Shown: in pieces, positions 36,017-48,575 of the stretch
Position numbering within the stretch: position 1 is the first letter of the stretch
Layout of the letters: each line of letters begins with the position of its first letter
NCBI GenBank assembly: GCA_937900965.1
Contig: CALCGJ010000220.1
Span: 8,418 to 72,417 of the forward strand
Direction: 5' to 3'
DNA from: an uncultured Bacteroidota bacterium
GTDB lineage: Bacteria > Bacteroidota > Bacteroidia > Bacteroidales > FEN-979
DNA: 64,000 bases
Program-made: the position numbers and the translations under genes
Notes under the pieces: model-generated
Told to the model about the DNA's origin: nothing
The model's database searches: none
The model's input: the letters and a program-made list of their open reading frames with translations, nothing else

Positions 36017-37492
36017 ATGGCTAAAAATTTCCCAACACGCGCAGAGAATTTCTCACAATGGTACAATGAACTTGTGATAAAAGCTGATTTAGCAGAGAAC
36101 TCGGCTGTGCGAGGGTGCATGGTGATCAAACCTTATGGCTATGCTATATGGGAAAAGATGCAAGCGGTTCTGGATAAAATGTTTAAAGATACGGGTCACT
36201 CCAATGCCTACTTCCCGATATTTATTCCGAAATCTTTTTTTAGCAAAGAAGCCAGTCATGTAGAAGGTTTCGCAAAAGAGTGTGCCGTAGTAACGCATTA
36301 CCGTTTAAAGAATTCTCCTGACGGAAAAGGAGTTGTCGTCGATGAAGATGCCAAATTGGAGGAGGAGCTGATCATTCGCCCTACTTCTGAAACCATAATT
36401 TGGGACACATATAAAAACTGGATTCAGTCTTACAGGGATCTTCCTCTTCTGATCAACCAGTGGGCCAATGTGGTTAGATGGGAGATGCGGACAAGATTGT
36501 TCTTGCGAACTGCTGAGTTTCTTTGGCAGGAAGGGCATACCGCTCATGCCACAAAAGATGAAGCTTTTAATGAGACTATTACGATCTTGAATTTATATGC
36601 TGATTTTGCTGAGAAATGGATGGCTCTTCCTGTAGTAAAAGGAGTGAAGACAGAGTCCGAGCGTTTTGCCGGGGCAATTGATACCTATGCTATTGAGGCG
36701 TTAATGCAGGATGGAAAAGCGCTCCAGTCTGGAACCTCCCATTTTTTAGGCCAAAATTTTGCCAAGGCATTCGATGTAAAGTTTTTGACTAAAGAAAACC
36801 AGTTGGAACATGTTTGGGCCACCTCGTGGGGAGTTTCTACCCGGCTTATTGGAGCACTGATCATGGCACACTCCGATGACAAAGGGCTGGTGCTTCCTCC
36901 CAAACTTGCCCCTATTCAGGTTGTCATTGTACCTGTTTTTAAAAACACCGATCAGCTTAGATTAATCTCGGAACAGGTACTCCCGATAAAGAAGAGCCTT
37001 GAAGACCGGGGAATATCCGTTAAATATGATGATAGGGATACACATAAACCCGGGTGGAAATTTGCCGAATATGAATTTAAGGGAATCCCTGTTAGACTGA
37101 CAATTGGTCCCCGGGATATTGAACAAGGAACCATGGAGGTTGCCAGAAGAGATACTCTTCAAAAATCAGTGATCCAAATTTCTGATATAATTGAGTACAT
37201 ACCTGGCTTACTTGATGATATTCAGCAGAATTTATTTGAAAGAAATCTGGATTTCAGAGAAAAACATACCTATCGTGTAGATACATGGGGCGAATTTGTT
37301 GATGTGATCGAAAATAAAGGAGGTTTTGCCAGTGCTCATTGGGACGGAACTTCTGAAACTGAAGATCAGATCAAGGAAAAGACCAAAGCAACCGTCCGTG
37401 TTATCCCGATGGATAATCCTAAAGAGGAAGGTACTTGTATTTTTTCCGGTAAACCATCTTCAGAACGAGTACTCTTCGCCCGGGCATATTAA
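36017..37492 (+). CDS. proS: Proline--tRNA ligase (archaeal/eukaryote-like type)
   Basis: 491 aa with class II motifs (…RPTSET…, [14 protein letters not shown], …GTSH.LGQNF…) and a C-terminal Y. Confidence 0.95.
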   Translation: MAKNFPTRAENFSQWYNELVIKADLAENSAVRGCMVIKPYGYAIWEKMQAVLDKMFKDTGHSNAYFPIFIPKSFFSKEASHVEGFAKECAVVTHYRLKNSPDGKGVVVDEDAKLEEELIIRPTSETIIWDTYKNWIQSYRDLPLLINQWANVVRWEMRTRLFLRTAEFLWQEGHTAHATKDEAFNETITILNLYADFAEKWMALPVVKGVKTESERFAGAIDTYAIEALMQDGKALQSGTSHFLGQNFAKAFDVKFLTKENQLEHVWATSWGVSTRLIGALIMAHSDDKGLVLPPKLAPIQVVIVPVFKNTDQLRLISEQVLPIKKSLEDRGISVKYDDRDTHKPGWKFAEYEFKGIPVRLTIGPRDIEQGTMEVARRDTLQKSVIQISDIIEYIPGLLDDIQQNLFERNLDFREKHTYRVDTWGEFVDVIENKGGFASAHWDGTSETEDQIKEKTKATVRVIPMDNPKEEGTCIFSGKPSSERVLFARAY

Positions 37493-38236
37493 TCAGAAGT
37501 GAATCACACTTCCAGGTCCGTTAATTGTGGTTTGAATATCTTTGGGATTGCCGGTATAGTAAATATTCCCGATTGACTGAATGGTTGCATTTAACCCCTG
37601 TTTAACATGAACATAGCAGTCATTGGATGATTTATTAGAGATAAATACATAACCAGACTGCAGGTTTCTTGCATCTAACAATCCAAAGTCATTTGAGTGC
37701 ATGGAAGCAACTCCACAATTCCCTGACAGGTGGATATCTGCTGTTCCTTGTTGAAGATAAAAAAAACCGTTATGTAGATCCAGGTCTAATTCAATCCTGC
37801 CACAACCACCCCAGGCTTCGAGTTTCAAGGAATCAGTTTTCATTGTGTTTAAGCTTGTAATATTCCCGGAAGACTTATAGAAAATTTTCCAGATTTTAGG
37901 TATGTATATATAGACGTTTATGGGTTTATTATAGTTTCTGACCCAGTTGCATGAGTTCGTATTCCGAATCACCAACTGCCTGTTTTCTACTGTTGTCTCA
38001 ATACCTCCAATAATGTTTTTTCCCGCCTCCACAACAATCTTGTAGACGCTATCCTGGGAAATAAACAGGTTTACAAAGTCGTTGACTTCAAGTGAATCAA
38101 AAATATTCAAATGCCGTTCCTCCATAATAATCTCTCCTGAGTTCGTGATGCAATCCACCCCGGATTTTCCACATCCGATGGTAAAAAGGAGCGAGAATAT
38201 TAGCGAAACCAGCCAAAGTAAGTTATCTTTTTTCAT
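37493..38236 (-). CDS. DUF2807 / head-GIN-domain lipoprotein
   Basis: 247 aa with the lipobox FTIGC. It has beta-helix-like repeats of the G.G.I.L.G type typical of DUF2807. Confidence 0.65.
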   Translation of the reverse strand: MKKDNLLWLVSLIFSLLFTIGCGKSGVDCITNSGEIIMEERHLNIFDSLEVNDFVNLFISQDSVYKIVVEAGKNIIGGIETTVENRQLVIRNTNSCNWVRNYNKPINVYIYIPKIWKIFYKSSGNITSLNTMKTDSLKLEAWGGCGRIELDLDLHNGFFYLQQGTADIHLSGNCGVASMHSNDFGLLDARNLQSGYVFISNKSSNDCYVHVKQGLNATIQSIGNIYYTGNPKDIQTTINGPGSVIHF

Positions 38237-39417
38237 CCTTTTAATGTCTTTTTCCCAAATGGGATTTGAAACTTATACCCCAACCCTATTCCCAGGTAAT
38301 CAGCCCGGCCAAAATGTACCTTCAGCATCAGATTAATAAAGAAATTCTCTGAGATGCCGTATTGTACAGAAATTTTCTCATAGAGGGGTCCGTTGCTTTT
38401 TTGTGCGCCTCCGAGATAATATCCGAGGTTGAAAATAAATCCTAGTTTCCCCAGGATCAGTTGATAAGCACCATTGATGCCAGGGCGAAGGATACTTAAA
38501 TGATTCATGATGGTATCGCCTTGTACTTCCAGAATTTTAAGATGCGATGGATCATACGAAAGATCCAGGCCTAAACCGACTTTGCTTTTTTTGCTGATTT
38601 GATAGAAGGTGTTTTCATAGATGTGAAGTACGATGAAGTTCTGCCCAAAAACAGCTTCCATATTCTTATATCCTACAGCTCCCCCAATGTTAAATTCAAT
38701 ATAACGCTGAATTACTGCTGAGTATGGCTCAGTGGGAGGATAAAACCGGTCTCCGATTTCTTTATTTTTGCGCTTGGGCCAGTAGGCAAGACCTACGTTG
38801 ATCATCGGAGTATTCAATCCGTTATTTGGCATCTTTAATGAACCATTGGAAAAATGCTGCAAACTTATTCCAACCGAAGCTGTCAGCCATGTATTGATCC
38901 GGTAACGTGATTCAAACATCAGGTTTATAGCAGCATTCAGATGTGATCCAATGGCTATATTCTTATAATTGTCAAGTCGGTCGAACTTTTTTGTAAGGAT
39001 GCCAACCCCGATAGCAAATCGAAATCCGAAGAAAAAGTTTTTGTAACGATATAACGGGAAGTTAATAAAAGGCATCAATCCTAAAGCCTGGCCCAGGTAT
39101 GGAGAGTTTCCCAGACCTGAATACCAGCACGTAAAACCGATTATTGGATAGGCAAACGTTCGTTCCCATTTATGTTTCCCATAGGTCTGTTTTTGAATGC
39201 TGACTTCAAATGCCGGGAAGTGAGCATTGAAAAGTTCAAGTTCGAGGTGATGAGCATAGAGAAATCCATAATGAACCTTCCCTTCAATAAAGAGGTTTGA
39301 GGCAAAAAGCTTGTGTTTATTCTGACTCAATGAGAAAAGCGGTACAATACATAGCAACCCAAGTAGGAGAGTGGGAGAAATGTTTTTTTTACAGGAGTTA
39401 TAATCAAGAAGTCTCAA
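38233..39417 (-). CDS. Acyloxyacyl hydrolase (PagL-like lipid A deacylase family) outer-membrane protein
   Basis: 394 aa. The N-terminal region (…G.VHYGF…H…) resembles Bacteroidota 'acyloxyacyl hydrolase' proteins. It has an ATGA overlap with the downstream gene. Confidence 0.6.
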   Translation of the reverse strand: MRLLDYNSCKKNISPTLLLGLLCIVPLFSLSQNKHKLFASNLFIEGKVHYGFLYAHHLELELFNAHFPAFEVSIQKQTYGKHKWERTFAYPIIGFTCWYSGLGNSPYLGQALGLMPFINFPLYRYKNFFFGFRFAIGVGILTKKFDRLDNYKNIAIGSHLNAAINLMFESRYRINTWLTASVGISLQHFSNGSLKMPNNGLNTPMINVGLAYWPKRKNKEIGDRFYPPTEPYSAVIQRYIEFNIGGAVGYKNMEAVFGQNFIVLHIYENTFYQISKKSKVGLGLDLSYDPSHLKILEVQGDTIMNHLSILRPGINGAYQLILGKLGFIFNLGYYLGGAQKSNGPLYEKISVQYGISENFFINLMLKVHFGRADYLGIGLGYKFQIPFGKKTLKG

Positions 39418-39495
39418 CAGGAAATATTCTTTGAAGCAAATTTAGCATGATTCACCAAGATCAGGAAATAGAAACGCCGAAACCGGATAAATAAG

Positions 39496-39503
39496 TATTT
39501 TTG
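39496..39503 (+). promoter_or_regulatory. -7 promoter box TATTTTTG only 5 nt before the mazG ATG (possibly a leaderless transcript)
   Basis: The match is exact. The spacing implies a transcription start at or next to the ATG. Confidence 0.35.
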
Positions 39504-39508
39504 CTGGC

Positions 39509-40297
39509 ATGAAGAAGAAGATCGAAGAGAAGATTGAGGCGTTCCGTAAACTTCTGGTAGTGATGGATGAACTTAGGGCCAATTGTCCCTGGGATAAAAA
39601 ACAAACACTTGAAAGCCTCAGGTATTTAACCATTGAAGAGACATATGAACTTTCAGACTCCATCCTTGAAAGGGACATGGACGGGATCAAGAAAGAGTTA
39701 GGGGATTTGATGCTGCATCTTGTGTTTTATGCGAAAATTGCCTCGGAAACAAACGCATTTGATATTGGTGATGTACTCGACAATATCAATACCAAGCTGA
39801 TTCACCGGCACCCGCATATTTTTGGAGATGTGAAGGTAAAGGATGCACGCGAGGTCAGGGATAATTGGGAGAAGATAAAACTCCAGGAAAAGGGTAATGA
39901 ATCGGTCCTCTCTGGTGTTCCGGGCTCGCTTCCAGCCGTTGTAAAAGCTTTCAGGATACAGGAAAAGGCAAGTGGTGTTGGATTTGATTGGGACCATGCA
40001 GGCCAGGTGTGGGACAAAGTTCTGGAGGAGCTTGCCGAATTGAAAGAGGCAGAGTCAATTGGGTCTCATGAAGAAAAGGAAAACGAATTGGGAGATTTAT
40101 TGTTTGCGATCATTAATTATGCACGGTTTATTGATGTGAATCCGGAAGATGCACTGGAACGGACGAATAAAAAATTCATCAAACGTTTTCAGTTCATTGA
40201 GGAAAAAGCAAAGAAAGTTCATAAACCATTGCAGGATATGACTCTTCAGGAAATGGATCTTTTCTGGAAAGAAGCTAAAGCACTGGAAGGAAAATAA
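39509..40297 (+). CDS. mazG: Nucleoside triphosphate pyrophosphohydrolase MazG
   Basis: 262 aa with tandem MazG domains: CPWD..QT..SL…EE.YE and ELGD.L. Confidence 0.92.
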   Translation: MKKKIEEKIEAFRKLLVVMDELRANCPWDKKQTLESLRYLTIEETYELSDSILERDMDGIKKELGDLMLHLVFYAKIASETNAFDIGDVLDNINTKLIHRHPHIFGDVKVKDAREVRDNWEKIKLQEKGNESVLSGVPGSLPAVVKAFRIQEKASGVGFDWDHAGQVWDKVLEELAELKEAESIGSHEEKENELGDLLFAIINYARFIDVNPEDALERTNKKFIKRFQFIEEKAKKVHKPLQDMTLQEMDLFWKEAKALEGK

Positions 40298-41118
40298 TGC
40301 ACTCCCAATTATTAAGAAGTCTCTTTTTCTTTTTTCTCATCCCGGGATTATTGATGGGTCAGACAGACTCAATCTCCTCAGTCAGACAGAAATCATATAT
40401 TGATAAACGTTACTTCAAATCATATTTAACAGATGCAAGGGATATCGGTATTTCGCCGGTTCGCTGGAACACCTACCAATGGATTGGTGCAACTGCTGTT
40501 GTTGGAGCTACTGTCCTGCTTTTCACACAGGATAGCCATATTCAGAAATTTGCACAGAATAACCGCACTCCTGCGCTGGATAAAGTAAGTAAATATCTCT
40601 TTGAACCAATTGGAAGCGGGTTATACAGCCTATCAGCCATGGGTATCCTTTATAGTTGTGGACTGATATGGCACAACGATCGTGCAAAGCTGACAGCATT
40701 AAAGGGTGTAGAAGCTTTCATATTAGCAGGAATTTCCAATCAGCTCATGAAACACCTGACTCACCGTCACAGGCCTTCGCAGGATAATCCTCCTAATCCG
40801 GGATTATGGGAGGGGCCATTTCAGGGATTTGATTATACTTCATTTCCATCAGGGCATTCGGCTGCTGCATTTGCTATTGCCACGGTTGTTGCAACTTCCT
40901 ATAAGGAGACAATCTGGGTTCCGATAGTGTGTTACAGTTTGGCCACCGGCGCTTCTCTTTCGCGAGTATACGACAATCATCACTGGGCATCGGATGTCCT
41001 TGTGGGATCAGCGATTGGGTTTGCCATCGGACAACTTGTGGTGAGGAATGAAAGCAAACTAAAAGTCCTGCCGGTATCACCGACAGGACCAGGTATTTCA
41101 TTAGTTTATCCCTTTTAG
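40297..41118 (+). CDS. PAP2-family phosphatase (membrane)
   Basis: It contains K…..R.RP, PSGHS and SR……H..SD motifs. It has a TAATG overlap with mazG. Confidence 0.88.
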   Translation: MHSQLLRSLFFFFLIPGLLMGQTDSISSVRQKSYIDKRYFKSYLTDARDIGISPVRWNTYQWIGATAVVGATVLLFTQDSHIQKFAQNNRTPALDKVSKYLFEPIGSGLYSLSAMGILYSCGLIWHNDRAKLTALKGVEAFILAGISNQLMKHLTHRHRPSQDNPPNPGLWEGPFQGFDYTSFPSGHSAAAFAIATVVATSYKETIWVPIVCYSLATGASLSRVYDNHHWASDVLVGSAIGFAIGQLVVRNESKLKVLPVSPTGPGISLVYPF

Positions 41119-41747
41119 TGTTTGCTCAGATAATCGGCAACGCCTGCGGCTGTTGCTTTCATCCCTTCATCACCTTTTTGCCAGTTTGCCGGACAAACTT
41201 CACCATTTTCTTCGAAAAACTCAAGGGCGTCAACCATTCTGAGTGCTTCGTCAACGCTGCGACCAAGTGGAAGATCGTTTACAACCTGGTGTCTTACAAC
41301 ACCCTGTTTGTCAATCAGAAAAAGTCCCCTGTAAGCAACTGGCGCTCCTTCAAATTCCAGGTTCCCATCTTCATTGGTGTAATATTCTCCTGCAAGGACA
41401 TCGTAATTCGCGGAGATCGTTTTGGAAAGGTCGGCAACGATTGGATATTTCACACCCTTGATCCCGCCATTATTTCTCTCTGTGTTGAGCCATGCCCAGT
41501 GTGAGAAATTTGAGTCGATTGAACAACCGACAACAGCAACGTTCCTCTTTTCAAACTCGTCAATCTTATCCTGGAAAGCGATCAATTCGGTCGGACAAAC
41601 AAACGTAAAATCTAATGGATAGAAAAAGAAGAGTACATATTTTTTCCCAATAAATTGCTCCAGGGAAAATTTTTCAACAAACTCGCCTCCGTTGATAACT
41701 GCATCTGCTTCAAATAACGGAGCCTTTTTTCCAACTAATACTGCCAT
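41115..41747 (-). CDS. Typical 2-Cys peroxiredoxin (AhpC/Tsa family)
   Basis: 210 aa with the peroxidatic motif FTFVCPTE and the resolving motif EVCPANW. Confidence 0.93.
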   Translation of the reverse strand: MAVLVGKKAPLFEADAVINGGEFVEKFSLEQFIGKKYVLFFFYPLDFTFVCPTELIAFQDKIDEFEKRNVAVVGCSIDSNFSHWAWLNTERNNGGIKGVKYPIVADLSKTISANYDVLAGEYYTNEDGNLEFEGAPVAYRGLFLIDKQGVVRHQVVNDLPLGRSVDEALRMVDALEFFEENGEVCPANWQKGDEGMKATAAGVADYLSKH

Positions 41748-41785
41748 GATAAACTATAATTTAAGGTTAATGTTCATTTTTTTTG

Positions 41786-41793
41786 CAAAGGTA
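41786..41793 (-). promoter_or_regulatory. -7 promoter box TACCTTTG for the peroxiredoxin gene
   Basis: It is the reverse complement of caaaggta, about 39 nt upstream of the ATG. Confidence 0.45.
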
Positions 41794-42131
41794 CAAAATT
41801 ATTTGGAAAGGATATTAATAAGATTGGTTTGAATAATTTTTTACGGAAAGCCCGAAAAACAAAATGCAAAGATGTATTCGATAAAAAGGAGTCAGAATGC
41901 AAAGAAATGCGAATAGATTAGCAGGATGTTTATTACGAGCAGAACACTGAATGTTCTTGATTTGAACTCCTTTATCAGATTCAGAAAAAGGTATAAACTT
42001 GTCAGTGTGAGAAAGACAAATAGCGCGTAAACTCTTGCCTCCTGAGCAATATATATATATTGAAATTTGAGAACGTAAACAACAGTGCGGCAGATATTCC
42101 AAGTTCTGTTTAATAGTGGACATCTTTATCC

Positions 42132-43628
42132 CTATAACTTGATGTCATCAAAGCTAAACTGGAGTGAACGGTTTGTCCGGAAGTCGAAAAGTGTTAGTTT
42201 ACGTAACTCAAAATAGTTTCTCCAGTATGTTTGCAGAGCCTGGTAATAACCCTTTTCCGAATTATCAGTCTCAATCTGTGCATTATTCAGATCAAGGATA
42301 CTATTCATCTTCCCAATGAGGTAACGACCTTTGGTTACAGCATAGTTTTTCTTAGCAACCGTATCGGATTTAGCAGCAATAGTGACCTGGTTTTTCTGCA
42401 TATTAAATTGCACAACTTTCAGGAATACATTTCGTTGAAAATCGATGGTCTCCTGCTCCACCTCATTCTTGACAATCTCCTCCTGAGATTCAGCGATCTT
42501 TATTCCTCCCCGGGCAACACCCCAATCATAGATCGGAATGCTGATTCCCAATGCGATTTGTTGTTGGTCTTTTGGGTTCTCATAAGCTCCAGACAGGGTG
42601 GCAGCATTTTTCGTTAACCCAACGATCGCAGACAACTCGGCATCAAAACGGCCTGTAAGTCTGGCCCTGTTTACATCTCTTGCCGATTCCAGAAGCCGTT
42701 TCTGGAACTCCATATAGGTTGATGAATAAGCTATTGACAGCGCAACAGCTTCATCAGGATCAACAGTAAAGAAGCTGATCTCAGAAGGGGGTATTAATCG
42801 AATGGGGATAGTATCCTGAATCCGCAAATATGATTTAAACCGAAATAAAGCATTGTCGAGCGATAGTTCTGCATTCTCCACGGCGGCCTGTGCTTTCAGG
42901 AAATTCAACTCGAGGAGCAACAGATCGTTTTCGGCAATTTTCCCCAACTGATACCTCCCCTTGGCAATATTAAAAAGGGTATCATAATTGGATAGGTTGG
43001 TAAAAGCAATTTTGAGTTCAATCTGTGCATTCAGAAGATTGAAAAAATAGTTAGTCGTAGTTATACTGATCTGTTCTACATCCTCCAGGTATTTCTGTTT
43101 CGCCTGTGAATATTTCATGGGTTCAATCTTCCGGTTCCATTTATAGGGATTAAATTTAAAAACAGGCTGAACAAGTCCAATATTCACAGGCGTGGAGAGA
43201 TAGGATGCAAGAGTTCCGGTGTCAGTGATGTTATACAGAGCTTCTAATCCTGACCTGATGAATACCGATCCACCTGTAATTCCGATGCTTTGAGAAAGTG
43301 ATAGGTTGGCATCCGAACTGACATACTGCTGTGGAACAAAAACTTGCTGACCTGTATTGAAATCTGTCTGTTGAGATATCTTTCGCTGATATTGAGCAGG
43401 TGTTGCGTCTATTGCCAGCAAGGGCAGGTTTGTCGCTTTAAATGACTTGTATGCCCAGAAACTGGCCCGAAAGGATTGTTTGGAATTTAGGGCATCAGGC
43501 GACTGATTTTTGGCAATCTCTATGGCATCCTGAAGAGAGAGACTGTATTGTTTGCCTTGTGCCACTATGAATTTGGGAATAAACCCGGATATGAGAAACA
43601 GGATGTTTAGTACAATGAGTTTTTTCAT
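42132..43628 (-). CDS. TolC-family outer-membrane efflux protein
   Basis: 498 aa with a signal peptide and two OEP repeat halves. It is the last gene of the efflux operon. Confidence 0.88.
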   Translation of the reverse strand: MKKLIVLNILFLISGFIPKFIVAQGKQYSLSLQDAIEIAKNQSPDALNSKQSFRASFWAYKSFKATNLPLLAIDATPAQYQRKISQQTDFNTGQQVFVPQQYVSSDANLSLSQSIGITGGSVFIRSGLEALYNITDTGTLASYLSTPVNIGLVQPVFKFNPYKWNRKIEPMKYSQAKQKYLEDVEQISITTTNYFFNLLNAQIELKIAFTNLSNYDTLFNIAKGRYQLGKIAENDLLLLELNFLKAQAAVENAELSLDNALFRFKSYLRIQDTIPIRLIPPSEISFFTVDPDEAVALSIAYSSTYMEFQKRLLESARDVNRARLTGRFDAELSAIVGLTKNAATLSGAYENPKDQQQIALGISIPIYDWGVARGGIKIAESQEEIVKNEVEQETIDFQRNVFLKVVQFNMQKNQVTIAAKSDTVAKKNYAVTKGRYLIGKMNSILDLNNAQIETDNSEKGYYQALQTYWRNYFELRKLTLFDFRTNRSLQFSFDDIKL

Positions 43629-43646
43629 AGTAGAGGATATTGCCGG

Positions 43647-45020
43647 TTATTCATGTCTGAGTGATACGACAGGATCGTGCTGCGCAGCTCGTTTGGCTGG
43701 CATGTAGCCAAATACGATGCCCACAGTAACGGAAACTCCAAATGAGATCAGGATTGAGACCGGCGAAATGATGGTCAGTATTCCTGCAGCCTCCATGATG
43801 ATCTTGGAGAATGTCAATCCAAGGATGATGCCAATCAGTCCTCCTGTGATACTGAGAATGATGGCTTCAGAGAGGAATTGAAAAACGATATCCTTTTTTG
43901 TGGCGCCGATAGCCTGGCGGATTCCGATCTCCTTGATTCGCTCCATCACAGAAGCGAGCATGATATTCATGATACCGATACCTCCGACAAGTAACGAAAT
44001 ACTCGCAATTGCACCCAGTACAATATTGAAGATATCTTTGGTACGTTGTTCCTGACGAAGCAGGAGCTCTGGAACTTTAATCTCGATATCAGTTGCACCC
44101 ATATGACGCCTGGAAATCATTCGGCTAAGGATTTCAGTCGTAGGACTTATCATTGAACTCTCTTTGACCTGGACAACGATTTTATCGATCTGATTTTTTT
44201 CAACGCCCTCTTGAGATCCTCCATAAGAGATTGCAAAGTCTCCTCCGAAAAATATGCCTCCACCTCCTCTGATTGAAGCTGATGTTACCAGGGCCCGGTC
44301 TTTATACCTTCTGAGAATGGTTTGTATCGGAGCATAGATGGTGTTGTTGTAATCGGAGATACCGAGGTCATCAACAGTGGATTGATTGATCTCCTGTTTT
44401 TTGAGTACACCTATGACCCGTAACCAAATATGACCGCACTTGATCTCCTTGCCGATTGGATTTTCCTTTGGAAAGAAGCGGGATTTGATTGAAGGACCAA
44501 TAATGCAGACGGCAATTCCTTCCCGCATCTGCTCTTGGTTAAACATATCGCCTTCCTGCAGATCGAGGCCGAAAACAGCAAAAAAATCTGGAGTAACCCC
44601 TGTGAGTTTGGTTGAAATTCGTCTGCCATCCTTCATCACCTCCGTTTCGTAGATAATCTCGGGGCTAACCCGTTCGACGGTTGGGATAATATACCTGATG
44701 CTTTCTGCATCCTTCAAAGTGAGGCCCGGTGTAAACCGTTTTTGTTCCTGCCTGACTCCTTTATCCAGATCGTCTGAGGAGGCATCTTCAGAGCTTGATC
44801 CGGTTGCTTTGTCTAGTTTTGGAGTAATGATGATATTGTTGACGCCAACCAGTTTCATCTGATCAAGAATCTCTTTCTGTGCACCGGCACCAATTGCCAT
44901 CATGGCAATCACTGCAGCTACTCCGAAGATAATCCCCAGAGCTGTTAGCATGGAACGGAATTTATTCAGAAAGACTGCTTCCAGAGCAATGTTGAGAATG
45001 TATTTGTAACGTTCGAACAC
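43647..45020 (-). CDS. ABC transporter permease, MacB/FtsX type (no fused ATPase)
   Basis: 457 aa. It has an N-terminal TM segment, a large periplasmic MacB_PCD-like domain, and a C-terminal FtsX 3-TM bundle ending …PA.RAA..DP…LR.E. Confidence 0.9.
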   Translation of the reverse strand: MFERYKYILNIALEAVFLNKFRSMLTALGIIFGVAAVIAMMAIGAGAQKEILDQMKLVGVNNIIITPKLDKATGSSSEDASSDDLDKGVRQEQKRFTPGLTLKDAESIRYIIPTVERVSPEIIYETEVMKDGRRISTKLTGVTPDFFAVFGLDLQEGDMFNQEQMREGIAVCIIGPSIKSRFFPKENPIGKEIKCGHIWLRVIGVLKKQEINQSTVDDLGISDYNNTIYAPIQTILRRYKDRALVTSASIRGGGGIFFGGDFAISYGGSQEGVEKNQIDKIVVQVKESSMISPTTEILSRMISRRHMGATDIEIKVPELLLRQEQRTKDIFNIVLGAIASISLLVGGIGIMNIMLASVMERIKEIGIRQAIGATKKDIVFQFLSEAIILSITGGLIGIILGLTFSKIIMEAAGILTIISPVSILISFGVSVTVGIVFGYMPAKRAAQHDPVVSLRHE

Positions 45021-45046
45021 AGGAGTCTGTATAAAAAATGAATATG

Positions 45047-46453
45047 TTAGTTGCCAGGTCTTTTTTGGCGATTCCCGGAAGGCCTGTTTCCCTGATTGGG
45101 CATTTTCCCACCGTCCTTCATTTTCATACGACCTTCTTTGATCGAATCCTTGCCGGGTACAGCTTTATCTTGAATCGTATCTTTCTTTGGGTTGTATTTC
45201 TCAACAATTTCCGGTGCAAGCATAACGATATCTATTCCTTCGTCGAACTCAGGAGCCAATAGAAGTATTTCGTCCTCCAGGCTAAGTCCCTCTTTTACAA
45301 TAATCTCATCGTAATTACTCTGACCCAGAATCACCTGTTGTTTAACCAGAGATCCATCTTTTTTAAAGACAAACGTGATGCTGTCGTTATTGAAGATAGA
45401 TTCTAACGGAATGTACAAGACACTGTCGATCGTGGCGGTGAGAATGGTATTTTTTGTGGTCATGGAGGGACGGAGGATTGAGTCAAATTCATTAACCAGA
45501 ATCTTCACCTCAAACACTTTTGCATTTGACCCCTGGAGCTGTTCTCCAATATTTGCAACCTCCGTGACGACTCCGGTAAATTTCTTATCAGGGAAAGCGT
45601 CAATTCCAATATCAACAGGCTGGCCTGCTTTTACTTTGCTGATGTCGATCTCGTTCACATACGTTTTGGAGATCATTTTGGAGAGATCCGGTAATTCTGC
45701 AACGATAGGGTCCCAGGCACTTATAGTGGCTCCGATCCCCATTTTACTGCCGTCCCAGTTTCTTCTATAGATTACCATGCCGGCTTTAGGTGCTATGACA
45801 GTAAATTTTTTCAGAACTTCCTGCATCTGGTCCAGTTGGCGTTGCGCTTTATCAAACTCAGCGTTGACTTCATTCATATTTGCGACAGCCTTTTCATAGC
45901 GGAGTATATAATTTTTTTCAGCCTGTGAAAAGGCCCGCTCACCTTTTTCAAGATCAATCTGAACCTGCCGTATAATGGCAGGCGGCTCATACTTTGATTG
46001 CTCCAGAGCTATCTTATTCTCTTCCAGATTGTATTTCAGGTTGATCAATTCATCTCGTGCATTTCTGAGTTCCAGTGAGGTATCGAGTTTTGTTTTGATA
46101 CGTTGAGACTCATATTTCTCCAGGTTTAACTCTTCATCCTTGATCTTGTTTGTAATTTCAGTTCGGTCAAGTGTCGCAACGTACTGTCCTGAATCAACAA
46201 CGGTACCATCAGGTATAATATCTTCAATTTTCGTATTGTAAACGCGAATCTGGCGAAGCCCCTCAGGGCCATAGATTTTCTCAGAACTCTTTGCTTGAAG
46301 TTCACCCGTTGTGGTAACTTCAATTGGGAAACTGCCGAACTTGGCCTGAACGAAAATTTCCTGGGTTTTCTCAGATTTAGAGAAGATGAAAAAAAGAATG
46401 ATTGCCAGAATAATCACTCCGACAAAAATGTATGCATACCGTTTTGTTGTCAT
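45047..46453 (-). CDS. HlyD/MacA-type periplasmic adaptor subunit
   Basis: 468 aa with a signal anchor, a long coiled-coil hairpin, and barrel domains. Confidence 0.88.
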   Translation of the reverse strand: MTTKRYAYIFVGVIILAIILFFIFSKSEKTQEIFVQAKFGSFPIEVTTTGELQAKSSEKIYGPEGLRQIRVYNTKIEDIIPDGTVVDSGQYVATLDRTEITNKIKDEELNLEKYESQRIKTKLDTSLELRNARDELINLKYNLEENKIALEQSKYEPPAIIRQVQIDLEKGERAFSQAEKNYILRYEKAVANMNEVNAEFDKAQRQLDQMQEVLKKFTVIAPKAGMVIYRRNWDGSKMGIGATISAWDPIVAELPDLSKMISKTYVNEIDISKVKAGQPVDIGIDAFPDKKFTGVVTEVANIGEQLQGSNAKVFEVKILVNEFDSILRPSMTTKNTILTATIDSVLYIPLESIFNNDSITFVFKKDGSLVKQQVILGQSNYDEIIVKEGLSLEDEILLLAPEFDEGIDIVMLAPEIVEKYNPKKDTIQDKAVPGKDSIKEGRMKMKDGGKMPNQGNRPSGNRQKRPGN

Positions 46454-46474
46454 AGGAAAGATATGTTGAAGTCA

Positions 46475-46482
46475 CAAATATA
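46475..46482 (-). promoter_or_regulatory. -7 promoter box TATATTTG for the efflux operon
   Basis: It is the reverse complement of caaatata, about 22 nt upstream of the ATG at 46453. Confidence 0.45.
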
Positions 46483-46519
46483 TGGTCTCTTCAGGTAAGG
46501 AACAAGGTAAAACGATGGA

Positions 46520-48487
<1,968 letters not shown>

Positions 48488-48514
48488 TCAGTTAGGTTTA
48501 GTTAAATAACTATT

Positions 48515-48522
48515 CAAATGTA
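48515..48522 (-). promoter_or_regulatory. -7 promoter box TACATTTG for gyrB
   Basis: It is the reverse complement of caaatgta, about 34 nt upstream of the ATG. Confidence 0.45.
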
Positions 48523-48575
48523 CAAAAAAAAGAGACACGAAAAACAGATAAAAAGCAGTAAAATCAAGGATTTTA

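Noticed and set aside
41815-42123. A 102-aa minus-strand ORF in the AT-rich spacer
   Set aside because: It has an implausible composition (Cys/Ile/Leu/Ser rich), no promoter box and no homology I can recognise. I treat the region as non-coding and report it as an unexplained spacer instead.
42132-46453. An efflux operon lacking its ABC ATPase, as a sign of decay
   Set aside because: All three genes are intact. To my knowledge, MacB-type permeases with a separately encoded ATPase located elsewhere are common in Bacteroidota. There is no frameshift or truncation.
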